Below, piece after piece: positions 37,235 to 49,357 of a stretch of 64,000 bases of DNA. The first letter of the stretch is position 1; each line of letters opens with the position of its first letter. Below the pieces are notes generated by a model that searched no databases, was not told where the DNA came from, and worked only from the letters and a program-made list of their open reading frames with translations. A program made the translations under genes and the position numbers. Source of the DNA: Auanema rhodensis (taxonomy: Eukaryota > Animalia > Nematoda); the NCBI GenBank assembly GCA_964057225.1, contig OZ059896.1, positions 11,904,001 to 11,968,000 of the forward strand, in the 5' to 3' direction.

Positions 37235-39369
37235 AGTAGAAAGCCATGCCGAATTTACTAACGACGCCCCCAAACAGTTGCTAAAAACATACTTTTGAGG
37301 GCGTCAGCTCCCAAAATCATAGTTTTGGGGACGTCAGCTGTCAAAATCATATTTTCGGCGTCAGCTGTCAAAAATATACTTTTTCTCTCGAGGCAAGCTC
37401 TCGACCCTGCGCATGGATCAAAATGCATAATTTTTTTTAAATCATTTCTAAAATTATTTTTTTTAATGTATTATTAAAATGAATTTTTAATATTTATATA
37501 TTGGTTAACTGTATTTTCAAAAATTTTTGAAATTATTTCTTTTTAAATGTAATTTTAATATTTATATATATTTTGAATATTATTGAAATTGTTTCTTTTT
37601 AAATGTATTTTTATATATTTTTTAAATATTTTTAAAATTATTTCTTTTTAAATGTATTTTTAATATTTATACATTTGAATAAATTTTTTATTATATATTG
37701 TTTTTGTTTTAATATATAAAATTGGAATATATATAAAAGCTAATCAATATGTTCACCGTACCTCTTATGGGTTAATCAATGGAACTCATATCGAAGGTTA
37801 ATTCGATAAGATATATTTTATATATTTATTTTTTAATTTTATTTGTTTACATTGTTTATAGTTTGTGTTTATTATAGTTTATAATTATTAAATTAACTTT
37901 TAAAAAGTTTGTTGTTTTTCTAGGCAAACCATTTTGTTCACCGTACCTCTTATATGTAAATCAATAGAACACATATCAAAGGTTAATTCGATAAGATTGC
38001 TGAAACAGTTACGTTGACCTACAATGAACCAAATGGCAAAACATTTGTTCATTGAAGTATAATAAATAGCTGTATAGCATATGTATCAAGATTTCTAATA
38101 TTCTTAAATTACGTGGAAAGAAGAGTATATAGAATTAGTTTTAGTGTGTATATTACTAATATTCTAATACACTAACTCAATGGAACACATATCGAAGATT
38201 AATTCGATAAGATAGTTGAAACAGTTGTGTTGATTCCAATGGAACACATATCGAAGGTTAATTCGATAAGATTGTTGAAACAAGTGCGCTGACCACAACA
38301 ATACATGCGTATTTATTAAAAACGGATTGGCAAATGCCACTGTTTACAGCTGTAATTTGATACAATGTTGAGTGTTGGCAACATTGTTACGTGACAATAA
38401 AACAACTGACTGTTCTTGCAATGAAGTGTAATATGAATGTGTAAAATGAAATAAGGATAACTACCTCTCAGAGTTTGCATAATTTTGTTCTAATAAGATA
38501 CAATGGCTGCTAACAGGTTATGTTTTTTCCTCGCTTTTTTTTATTAAAATATTTATTTTCAGTTATAAGCGTGTGTGTGAAGAGTTGGGTTTTGATTATG
38601 AGGAAATTTATCAACTCAGGTAATTTAACAATATTTTCAAAATATACATTTTTTTTAGTAAGCGCATAAAGCTTACCGAGAGTGGTGGGTTTAAGCTCTG
38701 TGAGCCCGCAATAACCACTTCCAATAGTGGTCCCTCGTCATCAAGGGCTATTGAAGTTATCACCTTGGATGACAGCGATAATGAGTAAGCTATCGTATAA
38801 TGAAAAAGCATGAAATTTTTTGTTTTCAGAGAATGGAATCCCGAGATGCCATCAACTAGTGGAGAACAATTAAGAGGCGGTTCATCCTTCAACGATATTT
38901 GTCAAATAAAGGTACGAGCTTTTCCTTTTTTTTCTCATGTTACAATTCTTTTCACTCTATATCTTTTATTTGATTACATATTTTGAACAATTTTGAATTT
39001 TGCCAGTTATTTTTCAACAAATCATCATACATTTGGAGGCTTTTTGAAAAAGAAAATGTTAAAGTAATGAATAAAATTGAATCTTATCCCAAACCCATGC
39101 CATAATATCATTTATTAAATTTTTAATCATTAAAATACATTTAATTTTAAATGTTTTGATGTTCAAAAACTGAAACATTTAAATATTTGTATTTTCTAAA
39201 CCATTTCACTCCATCTATTTTATTTAATCCCATATTTAAACAATTTTATATTTTTACCACTACTTTATAGATTTTATTTATTAAATTAAAAAAAAAAATT
39301 TGATGCTCAAAAACTGAAACATTCAAATATTTTGTATTTTTCTAATCGTTTTGAAACAAACTAAACATA

Positions 39370-40779
39370 CAGTCCTGTGCGCAATAGTTGGGACACCCTC
39401 AACTGAAAGACCCCAGAAACCCACTTCAAACTACAAAAAAAAATTTCAAAAAATTAATTTAGGTTTCAGGATCAAGTATCAAGATATTGATTGAAAATAG
39501 ACTTCAAAATGATGAAAACTGAATTTTTAAAAAATAATTTAAGTTTAAAATTGAATTTTATGCTGATTTCATTGTTTTGCATAATTAAAAATAAAAATTC
39601 ATAATTTAAGATGGTTAGAGGCAAGAAAAATACCCCTGAAGTACAAAACATCGTTCTAAGCATGAAGAATAGAGGGTTCAGCGTACGGAAGATAAGTCAG
39701 CTTCTGACTTTGCCGAAGAGTACGATTCAAAATATTTGGAAAGCTTCACAAGAACCATTCCAAACGGAGACAAGAGGAAGAGGAAGAAAAACAACAGTAG
39801 GACAAGATATTTTATTAATTAAACTCGTAGAGCGGCATCCGGATATCACGTCATCCGAGTTAAGCCAACATCTTCTAAGAATGTTCAGGATTAGGCTTGA
39901 TCCTTCGAATATTCGACGAAGATTGTTGGCGAGAAATCTAAGAGCTCGAGTTCCTGCACGAAAGCCTCTAATATCGGTTGGTAACAGGCAGAAGAGAATA
40001 GATTTTGCCCGAGAGCATTTAAACTGGACGTTCGAAGATTGGTCATCTGTAATATTCACAGATGAGAGCAAGTTCTGCCTGTTTGGAAACGATGGACCGG
40101 GATTTGTAAGAAGACCTCCAAATCAACGCTTCAACTCTAAATACATGCTACCCACGGTGAAGCATGGTGGCGGCAACGTCATGGTTTGGGGCTGCTTTTG
40201 TGCTTCCGAAGTTGGCCCTCTTTTTCGTATAGAAGGCAGGATGTGTGCCGAAGATTACCAAAATATATTAGAAGAATGTTTCCTGCAGTATGCTGTATCA
40301 AAATTTGGAACAAGAAATCGGTTCATTCTTCAACAAGATAATGATCCGAAGCACACTGCTCGTTCGACTACAAGGTTTTTGGAGGACAATCGCCTAAACG
40401 TGCTGAAATGGCCTAGCCAAACTCTAGATCTCAACCCTATTGAGCATCTTTGGAGGGAACTTGGCCGACGTTCATCGCAATTCCCATGTTCGAACAAAGA
40501 TGAGAAATTCAGAGTCCTACGAACACTCTGGAGAGAAATACGACCGACTCTTCTGAAGAAACTCGTCGAATCGATGCCCAGAAGACTTCAGGCAGTAATT
40601 GATAATTTTGGCTATCCTACTAAATATTAATAAACGTGTTAATTTCAATTTTTAATTTTATTTATTGATTCTATAGAGTTTTTGACAACTCATCATATTT
40701 TTTTTTCGATTTTTTTGTAGTTTGTTTCGAAAGATATGAGGGATTCTAGTAAGTGTCCCAACTATTTCGCACAGGACTG
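39370..40779 (+). mobile_element. Tc1-family DNA transposon, full length
   Basis: 27-bp TIRs CAGTCCTGTGCG.AATAGTTGGGACAC, TA duplication, empty site CTAAACATATATAAAC in sister units. Confidence 0.97.
39611..40630 (+). CDS. Tc1 DD34E transposase
   Basis: FTDESKF, TVKHGGGNVMVWG, QQDNDPKH, DLNPIE; uninterrupted 339 aa. Confidence 0.95.
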   Translation: MVRGKKNTPEVQNIVLSMKNRGFSVRKISQLLTLPKSTIQNIWKASQEPFQTETRGRGRKTTVGQDILLIKLVERHPDITSSELSQHLLRMFRIRLDPSNIRRRLLARNLRARVPARKPLISVGNRQKRIDFAREHLNWTFEDWSSVIFTDESKFCLFGNDGPGFVRRPPNQRFNSKYMLPTVKHGGGNVMVWGCFCASEVGPLFRIEGRMCAEDYQNILEECFLQYAVSKFGTRNRFILQQDNDPKHTARSTTRFLEDNRLNVLKWPSQTLDLNPIEHLWRELGRRSSQFPCSNKDEKFRVLRTLWREIRPTLLKKLVESMPRRLQAVIDNFGYPTKY

Positions 40780-41944
40780 TATATAAACAAAAATTTAAAA
40801 AAAATAAAAAAGCATGTAAACAGTTATAATTTAATTTTTTTATTATAGTGGTCACACCGGCGCATAAAACGCACCGGTCGTTTTACCAACGTGGTCGTTC
40901 GATCGCTCACTTTCCCACACTTGGAATCTATTGATGAACCAATGCATGTTATCATGCCGCGGTTATTCAACGAATTCCTTGATCGTTGTCTTGCTGAAAG
41001 CGGTGTGCCTGATAAGAAAAAAGCAATGTGTAGACTGATGTATTGATTCTATCAAGGTACAATGGCTGCTAATAAGTTGTGTCTTTTTGATTCTTTTGTT
41101 TGTAAACTTTTTTTTTAGTTATAAGCGTTTATGTGAAGAGCTAGGATTTGATTATGAAGATATTGATCAGCTCAGGTAATTTAACACAATTTTGAATCTA
41201 TATATATTTTTTTTAGTAAACGTGTAAAGTTTACCGAGGCTGGTGGGATCGAGCTCTGTGAGCCCACAGCACAGTATTGTTATACTTTCTTGGCAACTTG
41301 TATTCTGGCAATAGAGGTGAATCAGCATTTTCCACTTGTACTGATATGGGCGCATCTATACTTTCTCTATAGTTTTTGAGACGAGCAATCAAGTTTTCGT
41401 ATAGTTCAGCCTTTTTATAATCGGGTATAGCTTTATTTTCTCGTAAAAGCTTGAGCTCTGCATCAAACTTGTCTATATTAATTGTTTCGGACACATAGTT
41501 ACATATGGTATTGCCTATTTTGGTTTCAAATCATGAAGCTCAACCATAAATATTGACAGGAATTAGTCGATATTTATGGTTGAGCTGCATGATTTAAAAC
41601 CAAAATAGGCAATACCACATGTAACTATTGTTTTCAATTGTTTGTGTCAAAGCGTTGCCGATAATGATTCAGCCTTTTCCGGTGTGCGTATCAAAGCTAT
41701 TTGACCTTATAATGAAGATATGGGCAAGAGGGTTTTATATTCCTTGTTAGTTAAAAGAAAATTATTATTTTTCACAATATTAAATACGATTTCAACAATA
41801 ATTTCAATTTGTTCAAAAGAAAATAAGGAAACAGAACAAGGAGTTTTGGCGCAAGAAGACAAAAAGTTGAAATTTGACAAAACACGACTACTCATTGAAC
41901 ATGCACTTCAAACACTAAACACGTTTCTGGCTACATAAATAAAA

Positions 41945-42274
41945 GGGTTCTTCGCTGTTATATTAGATTGTATACGCTAACTTGTTAAAGGATGATTATC
42001 AATCAGTAAATGATTATAGGGAGTAGACATTGCATCATCATACGCTTTTAGAGCATTTTTGAAACGTGGCCCAAATAATTGCTGCAGACTATACTTTATG
42101 GCTATTATACTCTGCTTTTGATGTAAACTTTCATACAGTTGGTTAAAATACGGACATCTGTCCTACAATATTCCAAAAGCTCTTCATCAAAATCAAACGC
42201 TCTTTGATTACGCTCTTCATACCAAATATTGAATGAAGCTAGGTTTTCTGCTTTCATTCTAGCAGTACAATAGT
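41945..42274 (-). pseudogene. Maverick pPolB fragment, third and shorter copy
   Basis: Matches 32085-32415, then a deletion joins it to TIR-B. Confidence 0.8.
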
Positions 42275-45200
42275 CACAAAATCATATTTTCGGCGTCAGC
42301 TGTCAAAAATATACTTTTTCTCTCGAGGCAGGCTTTCGACCCTGCGCATGGATCAAAATGCATAATTTTTTTAAAATCATTTCTAAAATTATTTTTTTTA
42401 ATGTATTATTAAAATGAATGTTTAATATTTATATATTGGTTAACTGTATTTTCAAAAATTTTTGAAATTATTTCTTTTTAAATGTAATTTTAATATTTAT
42501 ATATATTTTAAATATTATTGAAATTGTTTCTTTTTAAATGTATTTTTATATATTTTTTAAATATTTTTAAAATTATTTCTTTTTAAAAGTATTTTTAATA
42601 TTTATACATTTGAATAAATTTTTTATTATATATTGTTTTTGTTTTAATTTATAAAATTGGAATATATATAAAAGCTAATCAATATGTTCACCGTACCTCT
42701 TATGGGTTAATCAATGGAACTCATATCGAAGGTTAATTCGATAAGATATATTTTATATATTTATTTTTTAATTTTATTTGTTTACATTGTTTATAGTTTG
42801 TGTTTATTATAGTTTATAATTATTAAATTAACTTTTAAAAAGTTTGTTGTTTTCTAGGCAAACCATTTTGTTCACCGTACCTCTTATATGTAAATCAATA
42901 GAACACATATCAAAGGTTAATTCAATAAGATTGCTGAAACAGTTACGTTGACCTACAATGAACCAAATGGCAAAACATTTGTTCATTGAAGTATAATAAA
43001 TAGCTGTATAGCATATGTATCAAGATTTCTAATATTCTTAAATTACGTGGAAAGAAGAGTATATAGAATTAGTTTTAGTGTGTATATTACTAATATTCTA
43101 ATACACTAACTCAATGGAACACATATCGAAGATTAATTCGATAAGATAGTTGAAACAGTTGTGTTGATTCCAATGGAACACATATCGAAGGTTAATTCGA
43201 TAAGATTGTTGAAACAAGTGCGCTGACTACAACAATACATGCGTATTTATTAAAAACGGATTGGCAAATGCCACTGTTGACAGCTGTAATATGATACAAT
43301 GTTGAGTGTTGGCAACATTGTTACGTGACAATAAAACAACTGACTGTTCTTGCAATGAAGTGTAATATGAATGTGTAAAATGAAATATGGATAACTACCT
43401 CTTAGAGTTTGCATAATTTTGTTCTAATAAAATACAATGGCTGCTAACAAGTTATGTTTTTTCCTCGCCTTTTTTTAGTAAAATATTTATTTTCAGTTAT
43501 AAGCGTGTATGTGAAGAGTTGGGTTTTGATTATGAGGAAGTTTATCAAAGGTAATTTAACAATATTTTCAAAATATACATTTTTTTTAGTAAGCGCATAA
43601 AGCTTACCGAGAGTGGTGGGTTTGAGCTCTGTGAGCCCGCAATAACCATTTCCAATAGTGGTCCCTCGTCATCAAGGGCTATTGAAGTTATCACCTTGGA
43701 TGACAGCGATAATGAGTAAGCTATCGTATAATGAAAAAGCATGAAATTTTTTGTTTTCAGAGAATGGAATCCCGAGATGCCATCAACTAGTGGAGAACAA
43801 TTAGGAGGCGGTTCATCCTTCAACGATATTTGTCAAATAAAGGTACGAGCTTTTTCTTTTTTTTCTCATGTTACAATTCTTTTCACTCTATATCTTTTAT
43901 TTGATTACATATTTTGAACAATTTTGAATTTTCCCAGTTATTTTTAAACAAATCATCACACATTTGGAGGCTTTTTGAAAAAGAAAATGTCAATTTTATT
44001 CATTAATTTAAATGAATAAAATTGAATCTTATCCCAAATCCATGCCATAATATCATTTATTAAATTTTTAATCATTAAAATACATTCAATTTTAAATGTT
44101 TTGATGTTCAAAAACTGAAACATTTAAATATTTGTATTTTCTAAACCATTTCACTCCATCTATTCTATTTAATCCCATATTTAAACAATTTTATATTTCT
44201 ACCATTATTTTATTTTTATTTATTAAATTTAAAAAAAAAATTTGATGCTCAAAAACTGAAACATTCAAATATTTGTATTTTCTAAACCATTTCACTCCAT
44301 CTATTTTATTTAATCCCATATTTAAACAATTTTATATTTCTACCATTATTTAATTTTTATTTATTAAATTTAAAAAAAAAATTTGATGCTCAAAAACTGA
44401 AACATTTAAATATTTTGTATTTTTCTAATCGTTTTGAAACATACTAAACATATATAAACATAAATTTTAAAAAAAATAAAAAAGCATGTAAACAGTTATA
44501 ATTTAATTTTTTTATTATAGTGGTCACACCGGCGCATAAAACGCACCGGTCGTTTTACCAACGTGGTTGTTCGATCGCTCACGTTCCCACACTTGGAATC
44601 TATTGATGAACCAATGCATGTTATCATGCCGCGGATATTCAACGAATTCGTTGATCGTTGTCTTGCTGAAAGCGGTGTGCCTGATAAAAAAAAGCAAAGT
44701 GTAAACTGATGTATTGATTCTATCAAGGTACAATGGCTGCTAATAAGTTGTGTCTTTTTGATTCTTTTGTTTGTAAACTTTTTTTTAGTTATAAGCGTTT
44801 ATGTGAAGAGCTAGGATTTGATTATGAAGAGATTGATCAGCTCTTTAACACAATTTTGAATCTATATATATTTTTTTTTAGTAAACGTGTAAAGTTTACC
44901 GAGGCTGGTGGGATCGAGCTCTGTGAGCTCACAGCACCCACTTTCAATAGTGGGCCCTCATCACCAAGGGTTATTGAAATTGAATGACAGTGATGAGTAA
45001 GCGATTTTAAAAGTTATAACATTTAGTTTTTTCTTTTTAAGAGAATGGGATCCCAGTAGAGAGCCGTGCAAAAATTACTAACCACGCCTTCAAACAGCTG
45101 TCAAAAACATACTTTTGGGGGCGTCAGCTGCTAAAAACATACTTTTGGGGCGCGTCAGCTGTTAAAATCATATTTTTGAGCGTCAGCTGTTTATATTCAT

Positions 45201-46592
45201 ATTCATAAATCATATTTTGGGACCATGGTTCATGGATTTTCCTTTTTTAAATTTAAAAATCATGATTTAAAGCATGATTAAAATTTTTTTTTAAATCAAA
45301 TTTAAATATGCTTTTTTAAATGTATATATATAATTATATATTTTGAATTAATTTTTAAATATATTAAGTGAAAAAAAAATCTAAATTTTAAATATTTAAA
45401 TTATATTCAAATTTTATATTTATAAATTATATTTAAATTATATTTAACCTTTATATATATAAATAATATTTAAATTTTAAATATATTAATTAGTTTTAAA
45501 ATTTTATTACTTTATTCATTTATTATATTTATTAATTATGTTTGTTTACTTATTTTGTTTACTTATTTTGTTTATTATGTTATAATATTGTGTTTTTTTA
45601 CTGTTTTTATTTTTAAAGATCAATAAAATTTTTGCATGTAGATAATTTTGTTCACCGTACTTGTTATGGGTAATTCAATGGAACACATATCGAAAGTTAA
45701 TTCGATAAGAACGATATGAAATACCAAAATTTAATGGAAGACATATCGAAGGTTAATTCGATAAGAACGACATTAAATTATTAATTTTTGAAATTACAAA
45801 TTGTTATTAATTATATTTATTCTAACAAGTAAAGGTTTCAAATTATAATAAAAAATTAGTTTTAAACTTTATTTTACTAATATAACAATACAATAACTAA
45901 ATAGAGCACACATTGAAGGTAAATACAATAAGATTAACAAACAGTTGCGCTGACCTCAACGCCACGCATATCGAGGGTTAATAAACACTAATAACTGCAC
46001 TGTGGGGGTTTAAATATAGTATAAACATTTTAACATTTCAAAAGTTTTAGTTTCGTAATATAATCATTATTAAATATTCAAGAATGAAATATTTTTACAT
46101 ATAAAACATTGGCAGTCATATGTTTTGTGCTACAATATGGGTGTAAAAGTATACTATGAATAATAAATGAGCTATTAAGCAAAGTTTAAAAAGCCTAAAT
46201 GTTTTACAGAGATGGCTGTTGTTTATGGCACAAACGGTAAACAATAATGTTTGAAGAGATGTAAAAACTAATTAATATGCAGATTGTTTACAGGTTCAGA
46301 GTGCGCCAACTGCTGGCAACTGTCGACGAGATGAGTATATCTGCATAAATATGCTGTAAAATCTAATTAATTAAAGAATTTCATCAGCAAACTTGATTGT
46401 AACACAATGGGTTGTACTTTACAAAAATCTTTGTATAAAAGGTTGGCAATTTTGCTACATTTACATTTCAGCTCTGCCAACTATCCGAGGATCCGACGTT
46501 TCACCATCTCCTGCCACTCTTTGCCAATCGCCATAGACTGCTCCTCTCTGCAAGTTTGCCTTATATTTTAGAAAGTTGGATCTTTAGCGGAA

Positions 46593-47176
46593 ATGAAGCG
46601 TGCTGTACTTGCTGATGTGACAAATGTTGTGCGCAAATCGCCTGAACCTGAAGTACCACGACCACCCACACCAGCTCCAAATTTTACAAGTTTTGGTATG
46701 AACCTTAACTTGTATTTTTTAAATCTTTAATTTAGATTCACCAATAAAGCAGATGGAGATTCTGAGAGAGAGCACTCCACCAAGGAGTGTATTAATGAGA
46801 CCAATTTGTCTCTGCAAAACTTGTAGGGAATCATTGCAGGTTATAGACGAGTATCACTGTTTCAGCCTCTGTATAAAGTGTAGAGGAAGGAATGATGCGT
46901 TGGGTCTTTTGAAGGAATTTCGCCACTATAAGCCCGAAAATTTCTCTATTAAAGTAAACTTGCATATTTATTTATTTTCAATTTTATCTTTTTTAGATGC
47001 GCTCTTATAACACCATGACGTGCAAGCAATTGTTGAACAATATGGGCTATATTGTTATATATGCAGATGAGGCTACTATAAAGACTTTTGGTTATAAGCA
47101 GAATGTACTCTACTTTAAACTAAGTCCAGAAGCACTCAACCTGAACATGTTTATCCGCTTTGATCCTTCATTTTGA
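46593..47176 (+). CDS. Spliced Maverick accessory gene: D-box, CDK sites, Cys cluster (3 exons predicted)
   Basis: MKRAVLADVTN..KSPEP..|DSPIK..STPPR..ICLCKTC..HCFSLCIKC..|MRSYNTM..FDPSF*; ~40-45 nt GT..TTTAG introns preserve frame. Confidence 0.7.
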
Positions 47177-47459
47177 CTACAACAAGCACAAATAGTACAA
47201 TTGGCGTTTTATTCTTGTTTTGTTATGTGGCATTTTTATATTCTCAGCCGTAACATTTTTTTTTCCAGCTCTTGCGAATATTCATCAATAGCTCATCAAC
47301 TGAGGACGAATGATCAACCAACTGGTAAGAATTTGAAAATTTGAATAGTCTACATTTTTTTTTTTGCAGGTTGAATTGTTGTTTGTATTTTGCTGGTTTT
47401 TTATTGTTACATTATGCGATATATCAAATAAATCATTTATTATAATTACAATTGTTTAT

Positions 47460-48577
47460 AACATTTAAATTTTCTGCATCTATCCATTCATTAAAGTTGT
47501 CGGGATATCCACTCCATTTTACAAATACTTGACGTTTACCGCTTCGAGTACGCTCTTTTTCAAAACTTTTTCTATATAGTACTGGTTGCTTTTATTAGTA
47601 GCCAAGACAAGTTCAGGTTCGTAGAATATTCCCTTTATACGTTCACCATTACAATCTACAAGTTTATACACGGTTGGGTTTCCTGTTACAACCTCATCAA
47701 TTGTGAACAGCTCCATTGTATATCCAGAGTCGTAGCTTTTTTCAAAAGTACGCCTATTTTTGCTTATGCGAACAGTATCACCAATTTTAAAGCGGCTTTT
47801 AACAGCTGGTGCATATTCTTCAATGAATATATTTGCTTTAACATCAATGGGCCGCATTTTAATTGACCGATTATAAGATTTGTTTATTCCTTCAACCAAA
47901 TCATCTAGGATATCAATCCAACGATGATTATTCTTGTAATAGAGATATTTCATCATGCGTGTTTTTAAAGTTCTATTTGCTCGCTCCACCATTGCAGCCT
48001 TTTGTGGTGAACTTGTAGATCCGTGCAGTATGGCAAACTTTTTGAATAGTTTTTCACAATGACTATTATAAAACTCTGTGCCATTATCAGTAATCAACTG
48101 AATTGGTATAAAATTCTTGAATAAGCTTTCAAATGCACTAGCAACCTCTATACCACCTTTAGTTTTCAAAGGCCTAACATATAACATGCGTGTATAAACA
48201 TCAATCATGGTCAACATGTAAGCATAGCCGTTGTTTAATTTTTTATATTTTTGCATATCAACCAAATCTGCTTGCACTGTTAGAAATCGACCACATCCTC
48301 TAGACTTTCTAGTCTGCATATGCATTCTGGTTGGTTTATGCCGTGTAAAAGTTTCAGAATCTTGCAAAAAATCATCAACTTGTACCTTTGAAATGCCATG
48401 TTTTCGTGCTTGCGATAACAAATTCTTGGCTGATGTATATGAAGCTGGGTGTTTTATATCGTAATAAATGCTCGCCAAAATATCATTTCCATAATCTAAT
48501 GTAGAACCTTTTACGACCTTGGCCATTCTGTGAGTCTCCTTCCCGTGGTATGTTATATGATTCGGCGGCAGTATCAA
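47460..48577 (-). CDS. Maverick retroviral-like integrase with chromodomain (1-nt frameshift in an A-run near 47560)
   Basis: Complete DDE core; chromodomain out of frame relative to the copy at 27802-28200. Confidence 0.9.
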
Positions 48578-49193
48578 AAGTCTTTGACCTTTTACTTTTG
48601 AGTGTACGAACCGGTGATGGTGAATATCTAATAACAGCTTTACGATGACGAGGCGTTCTAGGTAATATAGTAGAGTCCAAGTCTGTAACAGCCGGTTCAG
48701 CTCTAGTTACAACGTCAACTGAATCATTGTCAGCCGACTCTCTTCTAGTTTGTTTCTTGTTAGAACTAGATACGCCTTTACTGGCTAAAAACTTTGACAA
48801 GACTGAAAATCCATTGGGCTCCGTTTTTGTTTTATCCAATACAAAATCTAAAATTTTTGTAATATTCGTGTTTGGTACAGCCTCATTATTAATCACAAGT
48901 TGGTTGTTTGTGCGCACCTCTGGAAATTTCTCCCACAAATTGTTATACTTTCTTGGCAACTTGTATTCTGGCAATAGAGGTGGATCAGCATTTTCCACTT
49001 GTACTGATATGGGCGCATCTATACTTTCTCTATAGTTTTTGAGACGAGCAATCAAGTCTTCGTATAGTTCAGCCTTTTTATAGTCGGGTATAGCTCTTTT
49101 TTCTCGTAAAAGCTTGAGCTCTGCATCAAACTTGTCTATATTAATTGTTTCCTCGTCGACAGGAATTAGTCGATATTTATGGTTGAGCTTCAT
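48483..49193 (-). CDS. Maverick ORF immediately upstream of integrase, function unknown
   Basis: Intact 236 aa; LIP..D.ELK.L..D..K..LY..L and V.NTNI..I....P.GF..L motifs resemble the Polinton pre-integrase ORF. Confidence 0.7.
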   Translation of the reverse strand: MKLNHKYRLIPVDEETINIDKFDAELKLLREKRAIPDYKKAELYEDLIARLKNYRESIDAPISVQVENADPPLLPEYKLPRKYNNLWEKFPEVRTNNQLVINNEAVPNTNITKILDFVLDKTKTEPNGFSVLSKFLASKGVSSSNKKQTRRESADNDSVDVVTRAEPAVTDLDSTILPRTPRHRKAVIRYSPSPVRTLKSKRSKTFDTAAESYNIPREGDSQNGQGRKRFYIRLWK

Positions 49194-49357
49194 GATTTAA
49201 AACCAAAATAGGCAATACCACATGTAACTATTGTTTTCAATTGTTTGTGTGAAAGCGTTGCCAATAATGATTTAGCCTTTTCCGGTGTGCGTATCAAAGC
49301 TATTTGACGTAATAATGAAGATATGGGCAAGAGGGTTTTATATTCCTTGTTAGTTAA

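Larger units (their letters stand above)
29706..45054. repeat. Tandem amplification of a ~4.16-kb rearranged Maverick-derived unit (~3.5 copies)
   Basis: ORF track repeats with a 4164-bp offset (e.g. 31385/35549, 32568/36732); unit 3 carries Tc1 and different deletions. Confidence 0.95.
45055..49357. mobile_element. Least rearranged Maverick/Polinton arm: TIR-A, spliced accessory genes, integrase, upstream ORFs
   Basis: AGTAGAGAG terminus followed by colinear genes. Confidence 0.85.

Noticed and set aside
46211-46590. Another small spliced gene upstream of the D-box gene
   Set aside because: Splice-like signals are present but I could not derive a single convincing reading frame
10536-49357. 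One intact Maverick
   Set aside because: Genes are fragmented, duplicated and inverted; no ATPase, protease or complete pPolB was seen; no TIR pair with a TSD was found
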